The notes: generated by a model from the letters alone, not told the origin. Shown: positions 28,205 to 39,283, counted from the first letter of the stretch. The stretch: 64,000 bases of DNA from Rikenellaceae bacterium (GCA_047171945.1 JBCQWR010000003.1:10170-74169), one strand, 5' to 3'. Translations and numbers: made by a program.

Positions 28205-30247
28205 ATGGGATCAATCTACAATCGAGAGATAAGCTGGCTGGAGTTCAACGAGCGAGTATTACAAGAGGCTCAAGATGAGAGTGTACCTCTCTTGCAGCGT
28301 CTACGATTTTTGGGAATATTCTCCAACAACCAAGATGAGTTCATCAAGGTGAGGATAGGTAATTTGATGCGCTACAGCGCCATGCGTCTTCGTGAGCAGC
28401 CCACAATGAGTGGCGGCTATCGCCCCGAGGAGCTGCTCTCGCTGCTCAACGAGAAGATGAGCACCTCGCAAGATAAATTCCGAAAGACATACCGCAAAAT
28501 AATTGAGGAGGCCGAGGGTGAGGGGATCTACGTAATCAACCAAGATCAACTCTCCGAGGAGCAGGCCGAGTTCTGTCGAGAGTACTTCTTCTCGGTACTC
28601 TCGTTGCGCTTGGGCCCTGTGATCATGCGCAAGAGCAGCAAGCTCCCATTTTTACCCGATGGCAAGATATATTTGGCCGTCAAGATGAGCAGCAAGCATA
28701 CCACACGCTATGCCGTAATCGAGATCCCCGTGAGCGACGCCTCACCTCGATTTGTGGTTCTACCATCGGTTGAGGGTCGTACCGACATCATCTTTGTGGA
28801 TGATATCATTCGCCTCTTTTTGGACGATATCTTCTTTATGTTTAGCTACGACACTATTTCGGCTCACACCTTCAAGGTGATCCGTGACGCCAAGTTGGCT
28901 CTCGACGACGATGTCTCGAAGAGCATCGCCGAGAAGATGTTTAAGGGTCTATCACGCCGTGAGCGAGGTCGTGTCGTGCGACTCATCTACGACAAGGAGA
29001 TGCCACTCGATCTGCGAGACACCATAATCCGCAAGTTTGGACTCAACTCATCGGCTCAAGTCGAGGCTGGTGGTCGCTACCACCTTATGCGAGACTTGAT
29101 GAAGTTCCCAAAGGTGCGCCCCACACTCGAGAGCCGCAGTCCACGACCCTTGATCCATCCCGATATAGATCCAAGCGATAGCATCCTCAAGGTAATCAAG
29201 CGCAAAGATATACTACTGAGCTATCCCTATCACACCTTCAACCACTTTATCGATCTGCTACGTGAGGCGGCAATCGACCCAATGGTTCACTCAATATATA
29301 TAACGTTATACCGCACAGCCTCACGCTCCAAAGTGATTAGTGCACTGCTCAACGCTGCGGCCAATGGCAAGCAGGTGACAGCCTTAGTGGAGCTCAAAGC
29401 TCGATTCGACGAGGAGCAGAATATCGACAATACCGATATCTTGCAGCGTGGTGGAGTGAAGGTGATCACAAGTCAGGAGATGCTCAAGGTACATAGTAAG
29501 TTGGTACTCATCGAGCGTCGTGAGGGCAACACTATGCGTGGATATGCCTACGTTGGCACAGGTAACTTTAATGAGAATACAAGTAGCATATATAGCGACT
29601 TCGGATTGTTGACGGCAAACGAGAATATCGCTGCCGATGCGCTCAAGGTATTTGACTTCTTGGAGAATACCCACAAACACCCTCTATGTAAATATCTTAT
29701 CGTCTCGCCATACTACATGCGTGACAAGATCGAAGAGATATTGAAGCGAGAGATAGATCAGGCCGAGAGTGGCAAGAAGGCATATTTCTACGGTAAATTC
29801 AACTCGCTCACCGATATCGAGATGATCAAGCTCCTCTACAAAGCTTCACGCAAAGGGGTGAAGATAAAGCTCTTGATACGTGGTGCCTGCTGCCTCGAGG
29901 CGGGGGTAAAGGGGCAAAGCGAAAATATCGAGGTGCGTAGCATCGTCGACAAATACCTCGAGCACGCACGTATGATAATCTGCCACAATGGAGGTAAGCC
30001 TCAAAGCTATATCCTCAGTGCCGATCTGATGACCCGCAACCTCAATCGACGGGTGGAGGTGGGAGTACCGATACTCTCCAAGGATATTCACGCCACCTTA
30101 GTCGACTACTTCAAAATAGAGTGGCACGATAATGTGAAATCCCGAGAGGTGGCTCCCCCCTACCTCAACGACTACATCTCAAACAAGAGGGAGCCCCTCA
30201 GAAGCCAAGATGAACTATACTCATTTTTTGAAAATATGAACCCATGA
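28205..30247 (+). CDS. ppk1: Polyphosphate kinase 1
   Basis: NREISWLEFNERVLQEA, YPYH, ELKARFDE, LKVHSK, GTGNFNE, VDKYLEHAR, SADLMTRNL. Confidence 0.96.
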   Translation: MGSIYNREISWLEFNERVLQEAQDESVPLLQRLRFLGIFSNNQDEFIKVRIGNLMRYSAMRLREQPTMSGGYRPEELLSLLNEKMSTSQDKFRKTYRKIIEEAEGEGIYVINQDQLSEEQAEFCREYFFSVLSLRLGPVIMRKSSKLPFLPDGKIYLAVKMSSKHTTRYAVIEIPVSDASPRFVVLPSVEGRTDIIFVDDIIRLFLDDIFFMFSYDTISAHTFKVIRDAKLALDDDVSKSIAEKMFKGLSRRERGRVVRLIYDKEMPLDLRDTIIRKFGLNSSAQVEAGGRYHLMRDLMKFPKVRPTLESRSPRPLIHPDIDPSDSILKVIKRKDILLSYPYHTFNHFIDLLREAAIDPMVHSIYITLYRTASRSKVISALLNAAANGKQVTALVELKARFDEEQNIDNTDILQRGGVKVITSQEMLKVHSKLVLIERREGNTMRGYAYVGTGNFNENTSSIYSDFGLLTANENIAADALKVFDFLENTHKHPLCKYLIVSPYYMRDKIEEILKREIDQAESGKKAYFYGKFNSLTDIEMIKLLYKASRKGVKIKLLIRGACCLEAGVKGQSENIEVRSIVDKYLEHARMIICHNGGKPQSYILSADLMTRNLNRRVEVGVPILSKDIHATLVDYFKIEWHDNVKSREVAPPYLNDYISNKREPLRSQDELYSFFENMNP

Positions 30248-31134
30248 AAGAGACTTTAGCTGCAATTGATATAGGATCCAACGCCATAAGGTTGGTTATA
30301 AATTATGTCGACAATAGCGATAAGGTTGCCTTCAAAAAGGCAGCCTTCTTGCGTGTTCCCATCCGTTTGGGTGAGGATGTTTTTACGAAGGGGGAGATTG
30401 GTGCCAACAAGCGCCAACGTCTTTGCGAGGCGATGGAGGCCTTTAGCCACGTGATGCGCACCTACAAAGTCTCTAAATTTAGAGCCTGTGCCACCAGCGC
30501 TATGCGAGAAGCCTCCAACGGTGCCGAGGTAGTAGATTACATCGCCAAGGTGAGCGGAATCTCGATCGAGATAATCTCGGGGCAGGAGGAGGCCAAGACG
30601 ATATTCGAGGCTGGCGACGTGGCTGGACTTATGGATCGTCGTGAGAGCTATCTCTATGTCGATGTGGGTGGCGGCAGCACCGAGGTGACTATCTATAGCA
30701 ACAACAAACGTGCTACCTCCGAATCTTTTAGATTGGGTACGGTACGTACGATCAGCGATGCGGTCGACAAAAATGAGCACAAACGATTCAAAAGATGGTT
30801 GGAGGAGGTGGCATTACCCTACCACCCAGTAGCGATTATCGGTTCGGGTGGCAACATCAACAAGGTGCACAAACTCCTCTCAAAGAAGGATAGAGAGTCT
30901 ATCCGCTACATCGAACTCAAGCTGCTCTACAACCAGATCAACGAGATGAGCTACGAGGAGCGATTGCGCAATATGGGGCTCAACACCTACCGTGCCGATG
31001 TAATCACCCCAGCGATGAAGATATTCTTGACGGTGGCCAAGGCGTGCAAGATCGATGAGATTGTGGTACCCAAGGTGGGTCTTGCCGATGGTATCATCCA
31101 CCACCTATACATCAAGGAGCTTGCAAAAAAATAG
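30244..31134 (+). CDS. ppx: Exopolyphosphatase (Ppx/GppA family)
   Basis: IDIGSNAIR, ATSAMREA, ISGQEEA, DVGGGSTE, RADVI. Confidence 0.93.
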   Translation: MKETLAAIDIGSNAIRLVINYVDNSDKVAFKKAAFLRVPIRLGEDVFTKGEIGANKRQRLCEAMEAFSHVMRTYKVSKFRACATSAMREASNGAEVVDYIAKVSGISIEIISGQEEAKTIFEAGDVAGLMDRRESYLYVDVGGGSTEVTIYSNNKRATSESFRLGTVRTISDAVDKNEHKRFKRWLEEVALPYHPVAIIGSGGNINKVHKLLSKKDRESIRYIELKLLYNQINEMSYEERLRNMGLNTYRADVITPAMKIFLTVAKACKIDEIVVPKVGLADGIIHHLYIKELAKK

Positions 31135-31145
31135 AAGATAAAACC

Positions 31146-31982
31146 ATGAAACAGATACTCCTACTACTCACAGTACTCTCGATGGCCACCCTCTCGATGG
31201 CACAAACAACTGTCATGAGCTACAACATACGCCTCAACACCAATAGCGATGGTCAATATCGCTGGGACGAGCGCAAAGATCGAATGATCACAAAGCTGGA
31301 GATAGATGGGGCCGACATCATCGGATTCCAGGAGGCGCTCTCATCGCAAGTGCGCTACTTGAGCTCTCACCTCAAAGATTACGACTGGGTTGGAGTGGGT
31401 CGAGACAATGGCAAACGAGGCGGAGAGTACACCCCCATCTTCTACAAAAAGGATCGCTTCATCCTCTCTTCGTGGGGTACCTACTGGCTCTCCGAAACCC
31501 CTTCGGTGCCCTCATTGGGGTGGGATGCTGCGTGTCACAGAACCGCCACATGGGCTCTATTGGAGAGTCGCACCGATGGTCAGCCACTCCTATTTATCAA
31601 CACCCACTTCGACCATGTGGGGGTGGAGGCACGTGTAAACAGCTCCAAAGCTATTGCCGAACTTGCCGACTCTCTCTGTGAGGAGTTTGGCGTGAGTCGA
31701 GTTCTCTTGGTGGGTGACTTCAACGTTCCTGTTTACAATAGCTCACTGAGCCCAATTCTCGAGTCGTTTGACTATGCGCTACTCTCGAGCAGCTCATATT
31801 GGGTGGCAGCGGCCGAGCCATCATACATTGGATTTCCTCACCACAATACCAAAGCAATGGCAATCGACCACATATTTACTCGAGGCCTCAAGGCTCAAAC
31901 ATATGTAGTCGATAGCCACAACTATGGTTTAGGATCTCTCTCCGACCACCTCTCGGTGAAATCTACCGTGGTGGAGAGGTAG
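31146..31982 (+). CDS. Secreted endonuclease/exonuclease/phosphatase-family protein
   Basis: Signal peptide; MSYNIR, GFQE, NTHFDH, GDFN, IDHIF, SDH. Confidence 0.9.
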   Translation: MKQILLLLTVLSMATLSMAQTTVMSYNIRLNTNSDGQYRWDERKDRMITKLEIDGADIIGFQEALSSQVRYLSSHLKDYDWVGVGRDNGKRGGEYTPIFYKKDRFILSSWGTYWLSETPSVPSLGWDAACHRTATWALLESRTDGQPLLFINTHFDHVGVEARVNSSKAIAELADSLCEEFGVSRVLLVGDFNVPVYNSSLSPILESFDYALLSSSSYWVAAAEPSYIGFPHHNTKAMAIDHIFTRGLKAQTYVVDSHNYGLGSLSDHLSVKSTVVER

Positions 31983-32469
31983 ACCTACCACCGTCGTGAG
32001 CCGAAATTCGAAGTACTGTGCGGCACTCCCGAAGAGCCTCTTCCAAGATATAATTCTCTTCCAATGAGGGTTCTCTTTGGTACAAGATCACGGCAGAGGA
32101 GCGAACGATAACATACTCTTCTATAGATGAGGGAATCCCTCTCACGCACTCATAAGCGGCATAAAGTATGTCGTCTGCCTTGTTGCATATGTAGCTATTC
32201 TGCTCGACAAGAGATTGAGCAAATAGCTCATTGCGATAATACTCAAATACCACCACTAATTTAATTTGTGGATTATTCATCTTTAGTCGCACAACCAACT
32301 CAGCAACTGTACGCCCCACACTCTGTTCGATGGGACATATAAATGTATCAAACCCCTCAGCTAACATATAGGTTAGCGCTTTTCGAACTCTCTCTCGAAG
32401 TGATAATGGGGTTGGTCGCTTCACCTTCGAGGATAATACTGTTGCTGTTTTGCTCTTGTCTTGGGTCAT
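31963..32469 (-). CDS. Divergent SLOG/DUF1273(YspA)-like protein
   Basis: RKALTYMLAEGFDTFIC..VAELVVRLK..P.IKLVVV..KADDI pattern; start moved to ATG 32469 (MTQDK). Confidence 0.5.
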   Translation of the reverse strand: MTQDKSKTATVLSSKVKRPTPLSLRERVRKALTYMLAEGFDTFICPIEQSVGRTVAELVVRLKMNNPQIKLVVVFEYYRNELFAQSLVEQNSYICNKADDILYAAYECVRGIPSSIEEYVIVRSSAVILYQREPSLEENYILEEALRECRTVLRISAHDGGRSTSPPR

Positions 32470-32745
32470 CAGATACTCTTTTTTTGGGTAATAAACACTT
32501 CGAGTAGCGACAAATATGGCATGAAACTCGAATGTTTCACACTCAGGTACGACCAAGCACCCACGACGCAAACAGACGAGTCCATGCCATAGGTGTATAC
32601 AGCAAAGACTTCGTCTATCTATTCTGCGTCAATTTTTTGGTCGTTTTGAGTGTGCGAATAAATAGCTAAATCTTATTTTATCTTATTTCTATATCTCTCT
32701 TATTTTTATTAAAACTATGTTATTATCTCTATACCATTCAATATG

Positions 32746-33906
32746 TTATCTATACGACTCGGCATAGATTGCCACACACTCCTCTTGAGTAAGGTCGCAG
32801 CGATCTGCCATAAAGAGTCCACCCATCGTGGAGCGTGCATTGCGTGCAAGAGTCTCAAATTCGGCTGGCTCAACGCCCCACTCCGAGAGTGCAATTTGAT
32901 CTACGCCACACGCCCTTTGGAGCTCCTCGAGTGCCTCGATAAAGTCAGTAGGTTTATCGCACTTCTCGCCTCGCATAGCCGAAGCCATCGCCACAAGGCG
33001 CTCGGGGCAGACCTCAATAAAGCGCTTGAAGTAGGCAACCGAAAGGGCGATAAGACCCGCACCGTGAGGCAACTCAGGGTGATAGGCGCTTAGTGCGTGC
33101 TCCAACGAGTGCTCCGAGGTGCAGCTCGAGGTCGACTCCACCATCCCTGCCAAGGTGTTGGCCAAGGCTACATCGGCACGAGCCTCAACATTGGAGCCAT
33201 CGGCCACAGCCGTAGGCAACGACTTGAATATCAGCTCAATGCTCTTGAGCGAGTAGAGCTCACTGATGGGAGTTGCGCACGAGGCGATATACCCCTCGGC
33301 AGAGTGGAAGAAGGCATCGAAGCCTTGGTATGCGGTGAGCTTCGATGGCACCGAGAGCATCATCTCGGGATCGACAATACTTATCACGGGGAAGGTTGCC
33401 TCGATTCCATATCCCACCTTCTCGCAGTTGTGGGTGATCACCGTCCATGGGTCAATCTCGGTACCTGTACCAGCCGTGGTGGTGATCGCTACCACAGGCA
33501 GAGCGCCACCTATTGGAGCCTTACCTAAGCCTGAGCCACCGCCCACATAGTCCCAATAGTCGCCCTCGTTGCATGCCATTATGGCGATTGATTTAGCCGA
33601 GTCGATTGACGAGCCGCCGCCCAATCCAACGATAAAGTCGCAACCCTCTCGGCGACAGAGAGCCGAGGCCTCCATCACATGGTCCTTGATGGGGTTGGGC
33701 AGAATCTTATCAAATAGAACCGTCTCGACACCACGCCCATTGAGCAGCGAGGTCACCTTGTCGAGGTATCCAAACCTACGCATTGAGGTGCCTGCCGAGA
33801 TTACGATTAGAGCTTTGCGGCCAGGGAGCTCCACTCGGCCGAGTTGATTGACCTCACCCGAGCCAAAGTAGAGGCGAGTGGGTATAAATTGTTTAAATGG
33901 TCTCAT
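32746..33906 (-). CDS. Iron-containing alcohol dehydrogenase
   Basis: GLGGGSSIDSAK, TTAGTGTE, GFDAFFHSAE, HSLEHALSA, PHGAG. Confidence 0.93.
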   Translation of the reverse strand: MRPFKQFIPTRLYFGSGEVNQLGRVELPGRKALIVISAGTSMRRFGYLDKVTSLLNGRGVETVLFDKILPNPIKDHVMEASALCRREGCDFIVGLGGGSSIDSAKSIAIMACNEGDYWDYVGGGSGLGKAPIGGALPVVAITTTAGTGTEIDPWTVITHNCEKVGYGIEATFPVISIVDPEMMLSVPSKLTAYQGFDAFFHSAEGYIASCATPISELYSLKSIELIFKSLPTAVADGSNVEARADVALANTLAGMVESTSSCTSEHSLEHALSAYHPELPHGAGLIALSVAYFKRFIEVCPERLVAMASAMRGEKCDKPTDFIEALEELQRACGVDQIALSEWGVEPAEFETLARNARSTMGGLFMADRCDLTQEECVAIYAESYR

Positions 33907-33921
33907 TTTTATCTATTGTGT

Positions 33922-36327
33922 TTAATAAAATATTCCTTTAGGTGCAAATATTGGGATACCGAAGCCAAAAGTAAAGTAGAGGTTATCCCAATTGTCAAAA
34001 TCATACTTGGTAAGCGATAGGCTTATAGCCCCCAAAGTGGTGTTGTAGACCAGCGTTGTCTCACCAATGTAGTGGTAGGGCTTATTACTGAGTAGCAGGT
34101 CGTCGACGCCCTCAATTTTGTAGGTGTTGCGATACATGCCGTAGGCTCCCAAGCGAAAGAGCATATTGGGCATAAGGTTGAATATCGGCACCACACCCAC
34201 GCCCACATAGGCATCGGAGGAGTAGTCGGGCATAAAAATCATTTGAGAGTGCACCACGGGTTGATACGAAGGCATCATAAGCATCGTCGCCGTGGGGTTT
34301 CCAAATTGGTGGAGATTGGTATATACAGCATCGACACTTAGCCCCAACGAGAACCACGTATCGCTCGGTGGTGTGAAATACTTCTCATATTTGAGGCGTG
34401 CACCCAACCACCGTTGAGAGTACTCGTCGGATGCAACCGAGCTGCCATAGACAGTTTTATAATTGCGCTCAGAACCATTTACCGCTACTGCCGAAAGCTC
34501 CAATTTAGAGCCACTTTGAGGATAGGCCAAACGATCCAAAGTACTGCGTTGGTACTCCAATTTGGAGGCTAAGTAGCGCAATCGAGTACGGTCATAGTAT
34601 TGATTCTCGCTCAGCTCGCCCGATATATTCTCATCGGTTGGGGTATCGTAGTAGTAGTTACTCAAACCGCCATTGAGTCGTAGTGTGAGCAGGCTACGAC
34701 GAGAGATGGGGATTCCTGCCGCCACCGAAAGGTGGTTATCACGAGTCTTAACACTCTCACTATTGGTCACCGAGGTGAGGTTACCGAGGTTGGTATATTG
34801 GAGGTTGAGCGACGAGAATGAGTAGTAGTAATCGAAAAATAGTGGCGTCTTGATATAGAAGTCGGTGCGACCTCCAATCATAGCACTTGTGGCCAAGGTT
34901 CCCAAGTAGAGATCGGCGTAGTAGGATTGAGCCACACGCTTCACCTCTTGGTAGTTGAGCGAGAGGAAGAGTTGGTTGAAGGCGGTCGACGAGAGGTGGC
35001 CACCCATCGTCAATTTGAGTTGCGGCTTGGTATCGAGATTGATAAAGAACTTATAGCGCTCCGAGATCTCGTTGTACTTTATGGTGGGATACTCGGTCGA
35101 GAAGTCGCCACTCGATAATATTTGATAGAGATTCTCTTGCAACTCCTCGAATGGCATCTCACGCTGGAGAATGTTGCGACGACGCTTCGAAGTGTGGAGG
35201 AAATCTCGCACGTAGAGGTTCTGTTCGGTAGTGAGTCCATTGACCTCATACTCCTCGAAGATCAGAGGTTTAACCCCCTCGAGGTAGTCGGCACGACGAG
35301 CATCGTAGTACTCTGCGGCACGACGCTCCTTGATTCGCCCCTTGATCTCATCTATCTGTGCCATTGTATCATCATAGCCCATATCAATCACCGCTCCACC
35401 ATTAGCAAAGTCGAGCATTCCCACAGGGACATCTCGTTGCATGGTGATATTGCCCTCGGGCAGCGAGTAGTCACTCTTCTGTGTTGAGATGGCAAAGACC
35501 TGATCTATTAGCGAGCTCGACGGAGTGAGCATAGTGTTGCCGCCCGTACAGATAGAACCTATTAAAATGTCGGGCGAGTGTCGCTCGAGCAGAGGGCGCC
35601 ACGGAAAGTTATCGTAGATGCCACCATCGAAGAGCACCATCGAGTCACGCTTGATGGGGTTGAATGCCACTGGGATCGCCATCGAGGCACGAATTGATTC
35701 ACCCAAGTCACCTTTGGTGAGCACTACCGCTTGATGATTACGCATATCACTGGCCACACACAAGAAGGGGATCATAAGGTTGTCGAAATCCCCCTTAGCA
35801 CTCTCGGAGGCTGCCGCAAAGAGACGGCTCAAAGTCAGATCGACGTGGGTCGACGAGATGAGGCTATTGGGTAAGTAGAGCGATGGTCGAAAGTGGGGGC
35901 TCTGCACATCTACCATATCGGTGTTGATACTATTTTTTGTAACCTCCTCTTCGACAGGGACAAAGCTCTTAGTATCGAGGCGCAAACTAAATAGCGATGG
36001 GATGTTGCGATATTGGCGATAGTAGGCGCCATAGCTACTGTCGATACGCCCCGAGAGCCAACCTTCGATCTCACCCGAGGTGACTATCTCACGCATCTGG
36101 GCGGGAGAGTATCCTGCGGCATAGAGGCCTGCAACGATGGAGCCCATCGATGTGCCAGCGACATAATCGATAGGAATACCACTCTCCTCGAGTGCCTCGA
36201 GCACTCCGATATGGTAAAGACCCTTAGCACCACCACCACTTAAGACCACTCCTACACTTTGAGCAGAGGCGTTTATTGATGACGATAGTAAAAACAGAGT
36301 AAGAAAAAATGTCAAACATCTCAACAT
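33922..36327 (-). CDS. Patatin-like phospholipase with a C-terminal beta-barrel (PlpD-like)
   Basis: GGGAKG, GTSMG nucleophile, DGG motif; long C-terminal barrel-like region. Confidence 0.88.
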   Translation of the reverse strand: MLRCLTFFLTLFLLSSSINASAQSVGVVLSGGGAKGLYHIGVLEALEESGIPIDYVAGTSMGSIVAGLYAAGYSPAQMREIVTSGEIEGWLSGRIDSSYGAYYRQYRNIPSLFSLRLDTKSFVPVEEEVTKNSINTDMVDVQSPHFRPSLYLPNSLISSTHVDLTLSRLFAAASESAKGDFDNLMIPFLCVASDMRNHQAVVLTKGDLGESIRASMAIPVAFNPIKRDSMVLFDGGIYDNFPWRPLLERHSPDILIGSICTGGNTMLTPSSSLIDQVFAISTQKSDYSLPEGNITMQRDVPVGMLDFANGGAVIDMGYDDTMAQIDEIKGRIKERRAAEYYDARRADYLEGVKPLIFEEYEVNGLTTEQNLYVRDFLHTSKRRRNILQREMPFEELQENLYQILSSGDFSTEYPTIKYNEISERYKFFINLDTKPQLKLTMGGHLSSTAFNQLFLSLNYQEVKRVAQSYYADLYLGTLATSAMIGGRTDFYIKTPLFFDYYYSFSSLNLQYTNLGNLTSVTNSESVKTRDNHLSVAAGIPISRRSLLTLRLNGGLSNYYYDTPTDENISGELSENQYYDRTRLRYLASKLEYQRSTLDRLAYPQSGSKLELSAVAVNGSERNYKTVYGSSVASDEYSQRWLGARLKYEKYFTPPSDTWFSLGLSVDAVYTNLHQFGNPTATMLMMPSYQPVVHSQMIFMPDYSSDAYVGVGVVPIFNLMPNMLFRLGAYGMYRNTYKIEGVDDLLLSNKPYHYIGETTLVYNTTLGAISLSLTKYDFDNWDNLYFTFGFGIPIFAPKGIFY

Positions 36328-36421
36328 ATCGCAACTTTTTTATAACTTTGCATTGGTAAAATATGATTAACTCATTATTCACGCTTGAAAAGTAGTGAAA
36401 AAATAGACAATAACCAAAGTT

Positions 36422-37450
36422 ATGATCGAAAAAATAGACAATCTTCTAAAGCAATTAGAGGATTTCAAACCAAAGACAGCCGCCGAAGTTGAAGATATGC
36501 GCATCAAGGTGCTTGGCAAAAAGGGCGAATTAAACGCTCTAATGGATGAGTTCAAGAGAATTGCACCCGAACTAAAGCGTGAGTTGGGGCAGCGTCTCAA
36601 TGCTCTCAAAAATATTGCCACAGAGAAGATCAACACAGCACGTGAGGCTATCGAGGGTAGCGGCAACGACTCGTCGGTGACATCAATCGAGGATATGAGC
36701 CGCCCAGGTAGCGCCGAGTCGCTTGGCTCTCGCCACCCCATCTCATTGGTGCGTAACCGCATCGTCGAGACATTTGCTCGATTGGGTTACACGGTGGCCG
36801 ATGGTCCCGAGATCGAGGATGATTGGCACGTATTCTCGGCGCTCAACTTTCCGCCCGAGCACCCTGCACGTGATATGCAAGATACATTCTTCATTCAGCA
36901 GAATCCCGATATCCTTCTTCGCACCCACACCTCGTCGATCCAGGTGAGAGTGATGGAGCAGCAGAAACCACCTATTCGTGTAATCTGCCCAGGACGAGTA
37001 TTCCGCAACGAGGCGATCTCATACCGTGCACACTGCATCTTCCACCAGATCGAGGGTCTCTACATCGACGAGGGGGTTTCGTTTGCCGACATGAAGCAGT
37101 CGATCCTCTACTTCGCTAAGGAGATATTTGGCGAGAGCGCTACGATCCGCATGCGTCCATCCTACTTCCCATTCACCGAACCTTCGGCCGAGGTCGACGT
37201 TTCGTGTGTGTTGTGTGGCGGCAAGGGTTGCAACGTCTGCAAGGGCAGCGGCTGGTTGGAGATTATGGGTTGTGGCATGGTAGACCCCAATGTATTGGAG
37301 TCCAACGGCATAGACTCAACTAAATATAGCGGTTTCGCTTTTGGTATGGGAGTTGAACGTATCGCCATGTTGCTCTATGGAGTGCGTGACCTACGTCTCT
37401 ACTTCGAGAACGACGTCCGCTTCCTTGGTCAATTCGACAAGGCACTTTAG
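36422..37450 (+). CDS. pheS: Phenylalanyl-tRNA synthetase alpha subunit
   Basis: HPARDMQDTF, LLRTHTS, PGRVFRNE, FHQIEG, YFPFTEPS, GFAFGMGVER. Confidence 0.97.
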   Translation: MIEKIDNLLKQLEDFKPKTAAEVEDMRIKVLGKKGELNALMDEFKRIAPELKRELGQRLNALKNIATEKINTAREAIEGSGNDSSVTSIEDMSRPGSAESLGSRHPISLVRNRIVETFARLGYTVADGPEIEDDWHVFSALNFPPEHPARDMQDTFFIQQNPDILLRTHTSSIQVRVMEQQKPPIRVICPGRVFRNEAISYRAHCIFHQIEGLYIDEGVSFADMKQSILYFAKEIFGESATIRMRPSYFPFTEPSAEVDVSCVLCGGKGCNVCKGSGWLEIMGCGMVDPNVLESNGIDSTKYSGFAFGMGVERIAMLLYGVRDLRLYFENDVRFLGQFDKAL

Positions 37451-37505
37451 GAGGCCTCACCCAATAAGTTGGGATGAGACTACGTTGTAACTAAAAAAAA
37501 ATAGA

Positions 37506-39269
37506 ATGAGACGACTCTCAGCAATATTATCACTTATGATGCTCTTCTTAGTGGGTTTTTTACCCTCTAAGGGGGCATCTTACGTTTCTGGGGTGAAGGA
37601 GAGCGAGCAGGACTCCCTGCCACTTCGGCGTGGCGTGGAGCTCACCACCGATGGCCAAAAGCGTGTTCAAATCTACAACGATTGGCAGGGTGCCGATAGT
37701 CTCTATCGACTCTCGATTGCCGAGGATTCCACCTATGCACCAGCATATTACCTACTCTCGCAGCTACTCGCCTCACGTCGTTCCTCGAGAGATTCGGTGC
37801 TCCACTACGCCCAAAAGGCCTATCTTTTGGACTCGCTCAACAAGTGGTATAGCGACTCCTATGCCCAGATATTGGCCATCAATGGCAACTACTCGAGAGC
37901 AATCGAGCTCTATCGAGAAGCAATCGAGCGAGAGCCACAAAATCTAAATCCCTATATAGTGGTAGCGATGCTCTACAACCAGACATCGGAGCCCTACAAA
38001 GCGCTCTCGGTGCTCGACTCGGCCGAGATGCGGACAGGAAAAAGCAGCAACCTAAGCTCCATGCGTCGTGAGTTGCTGCTCGCCACCGATCAGCGTGACA
38101 AAGCGATAGAGGAGGCTCGTGAGCTCACCATAATAGAGCCCCACGTAGCCGAAAATAGGATGGTCTTGGCGCAACTCTACCTCACCACTCAGCAAGATTC
38201 GTTGGCTATGGTGGAGTTCGAGAGGGCACTTGCCATAGATCCAACCTCACCTGCGATATTGGGAACTTTAGCTCAATACTATGCCGAGAAGGAGAATTTT
38301 GTCTCCTACTTCTCGATCATGCAACGAATATTTGCACTCGAAAACGAAAGCCTTGAGAGCAAAATAGCAACATTCACACGACTCACATCGGACAGAACTT
38401 TTTATGGTCGCAATCTATTTTTCATCAATGAGTTAGCTACTCAACTCTACTCACTATACCCCACCGAGAAGAGAGTGATAGATCTCTACGCCAACCACCT
38501 TATCGCCTCGGGCGAGTTGGACAAGGCGCTCGATCTCTACAAAAAACATACGGCCGACACCCCACCTCAATACGACTACTACGCAACGATAATCGACATC
38601 GAGAGCTACAAGCAGCGAATAGATTCAGTGGAGCTCTACGCCACACGTGCCATCGAGCTCTTTCCCGAACAACACAAAGTACGCCTCTCGATGGCCAACC
38701 TCTACGCCTACACCAAGCGCTTCGATGAGGCGATAGCGAGCTACAAAGAGGTGCTAAATATGGTACCCACCGACTCCCTCAGAGGCTCTATTTGGGGCTC
38801 CATTGGTGACATATACCACCAAAAGAGTCTCCTCGAAAACCCAAATAGCTCGAAGGCAAAGCGCCAAATGAAACGAGCCTACAGCGCCTACGACAAGGCG
38901 CTCGAGATATACCCCAACAATGCATTAGTGCTCAACAACTACGCCTACTTCCTCTCGCTCGAGCAGCGTGATTTGGGGCGTGCATTGGATATGGCAGGGC
39001 GTGCCATCGCCTTGGTGGAGGGTAACTCCACCTACTTAGATACATACGCCTGGGTACTCTACGAGTTGGGGCGCTACGACGAGGCCAAAAAGATAATGCG
39101 CCAAGTGATTGCTCTCGACACCACGCAGAGTGCCGAGATCCAGTTTCACTATGGTGAGATATTAGCCGCCCTCGAGGAGAATTTCATGGCCGAAGTATAC
39201 TACGATAAAGCTCTCAAGTTGGGTTACGATGCCACAATAATCGAAGAGCGAAAACAGCGGCTCAAATAG
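37506..39269 (+). CDS. Tetratricopeptide-repeat protein (exported)
   Basis: Signal peptide; multiple TPRs; LNNYAYFLS..NSTYLDTYAWVLY. Confidence 0.85.
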   Translation: MRRLSAILSLMMLFLVGFLPSKGASYVSGVKESEQDSLPLRRGVELTTDGQKRVQIYNDWQGADSLYRLSIAEDSTYAPAYYLLSQLLASRRSSRDSVLHYAQKAYLLDSLNKWYSDSYAQILAINGNYSRAIELYREAIEREPQNLNPYIVVAMLYNQTSEPYKALSVLDSAEMRTGKSSNLSSMRRELLLATDQRDKAIEEARELTIIEPHVAENRMVLAQLYLTTQQDSLAMVEFERALAIDPTSPAILGTLAQYYAEKENFVSYFSIMQRIFALENESLESKIATFTRLTSDRTFYGRNLFFINELATQLYSLYPTEKRVIDLYANHLIASGELDKALDLYKKHTADTPPQYDYYATIIDIESYKQRIDSVELYATRAIELFPEQHKVRLSMANLYAYTKRFDEAIASYKEVLNMVPTDSLRGSIWGSIGDIYHQKSLLENPNSSKAKRQMKRAYSAYDKALEIYPNNALVLNNYAYFLSLEQRDLGRALDMAGRAIALVEGNSTYLDTYAWVLYELGRYDEAKKIMRQVIALDTTQSAEIQFHYGEILAALEENFMAEVYYDKALKLGYDATIIEERKQRLK

Positions 39270-39283
39270 AGAATAGAAGATTA

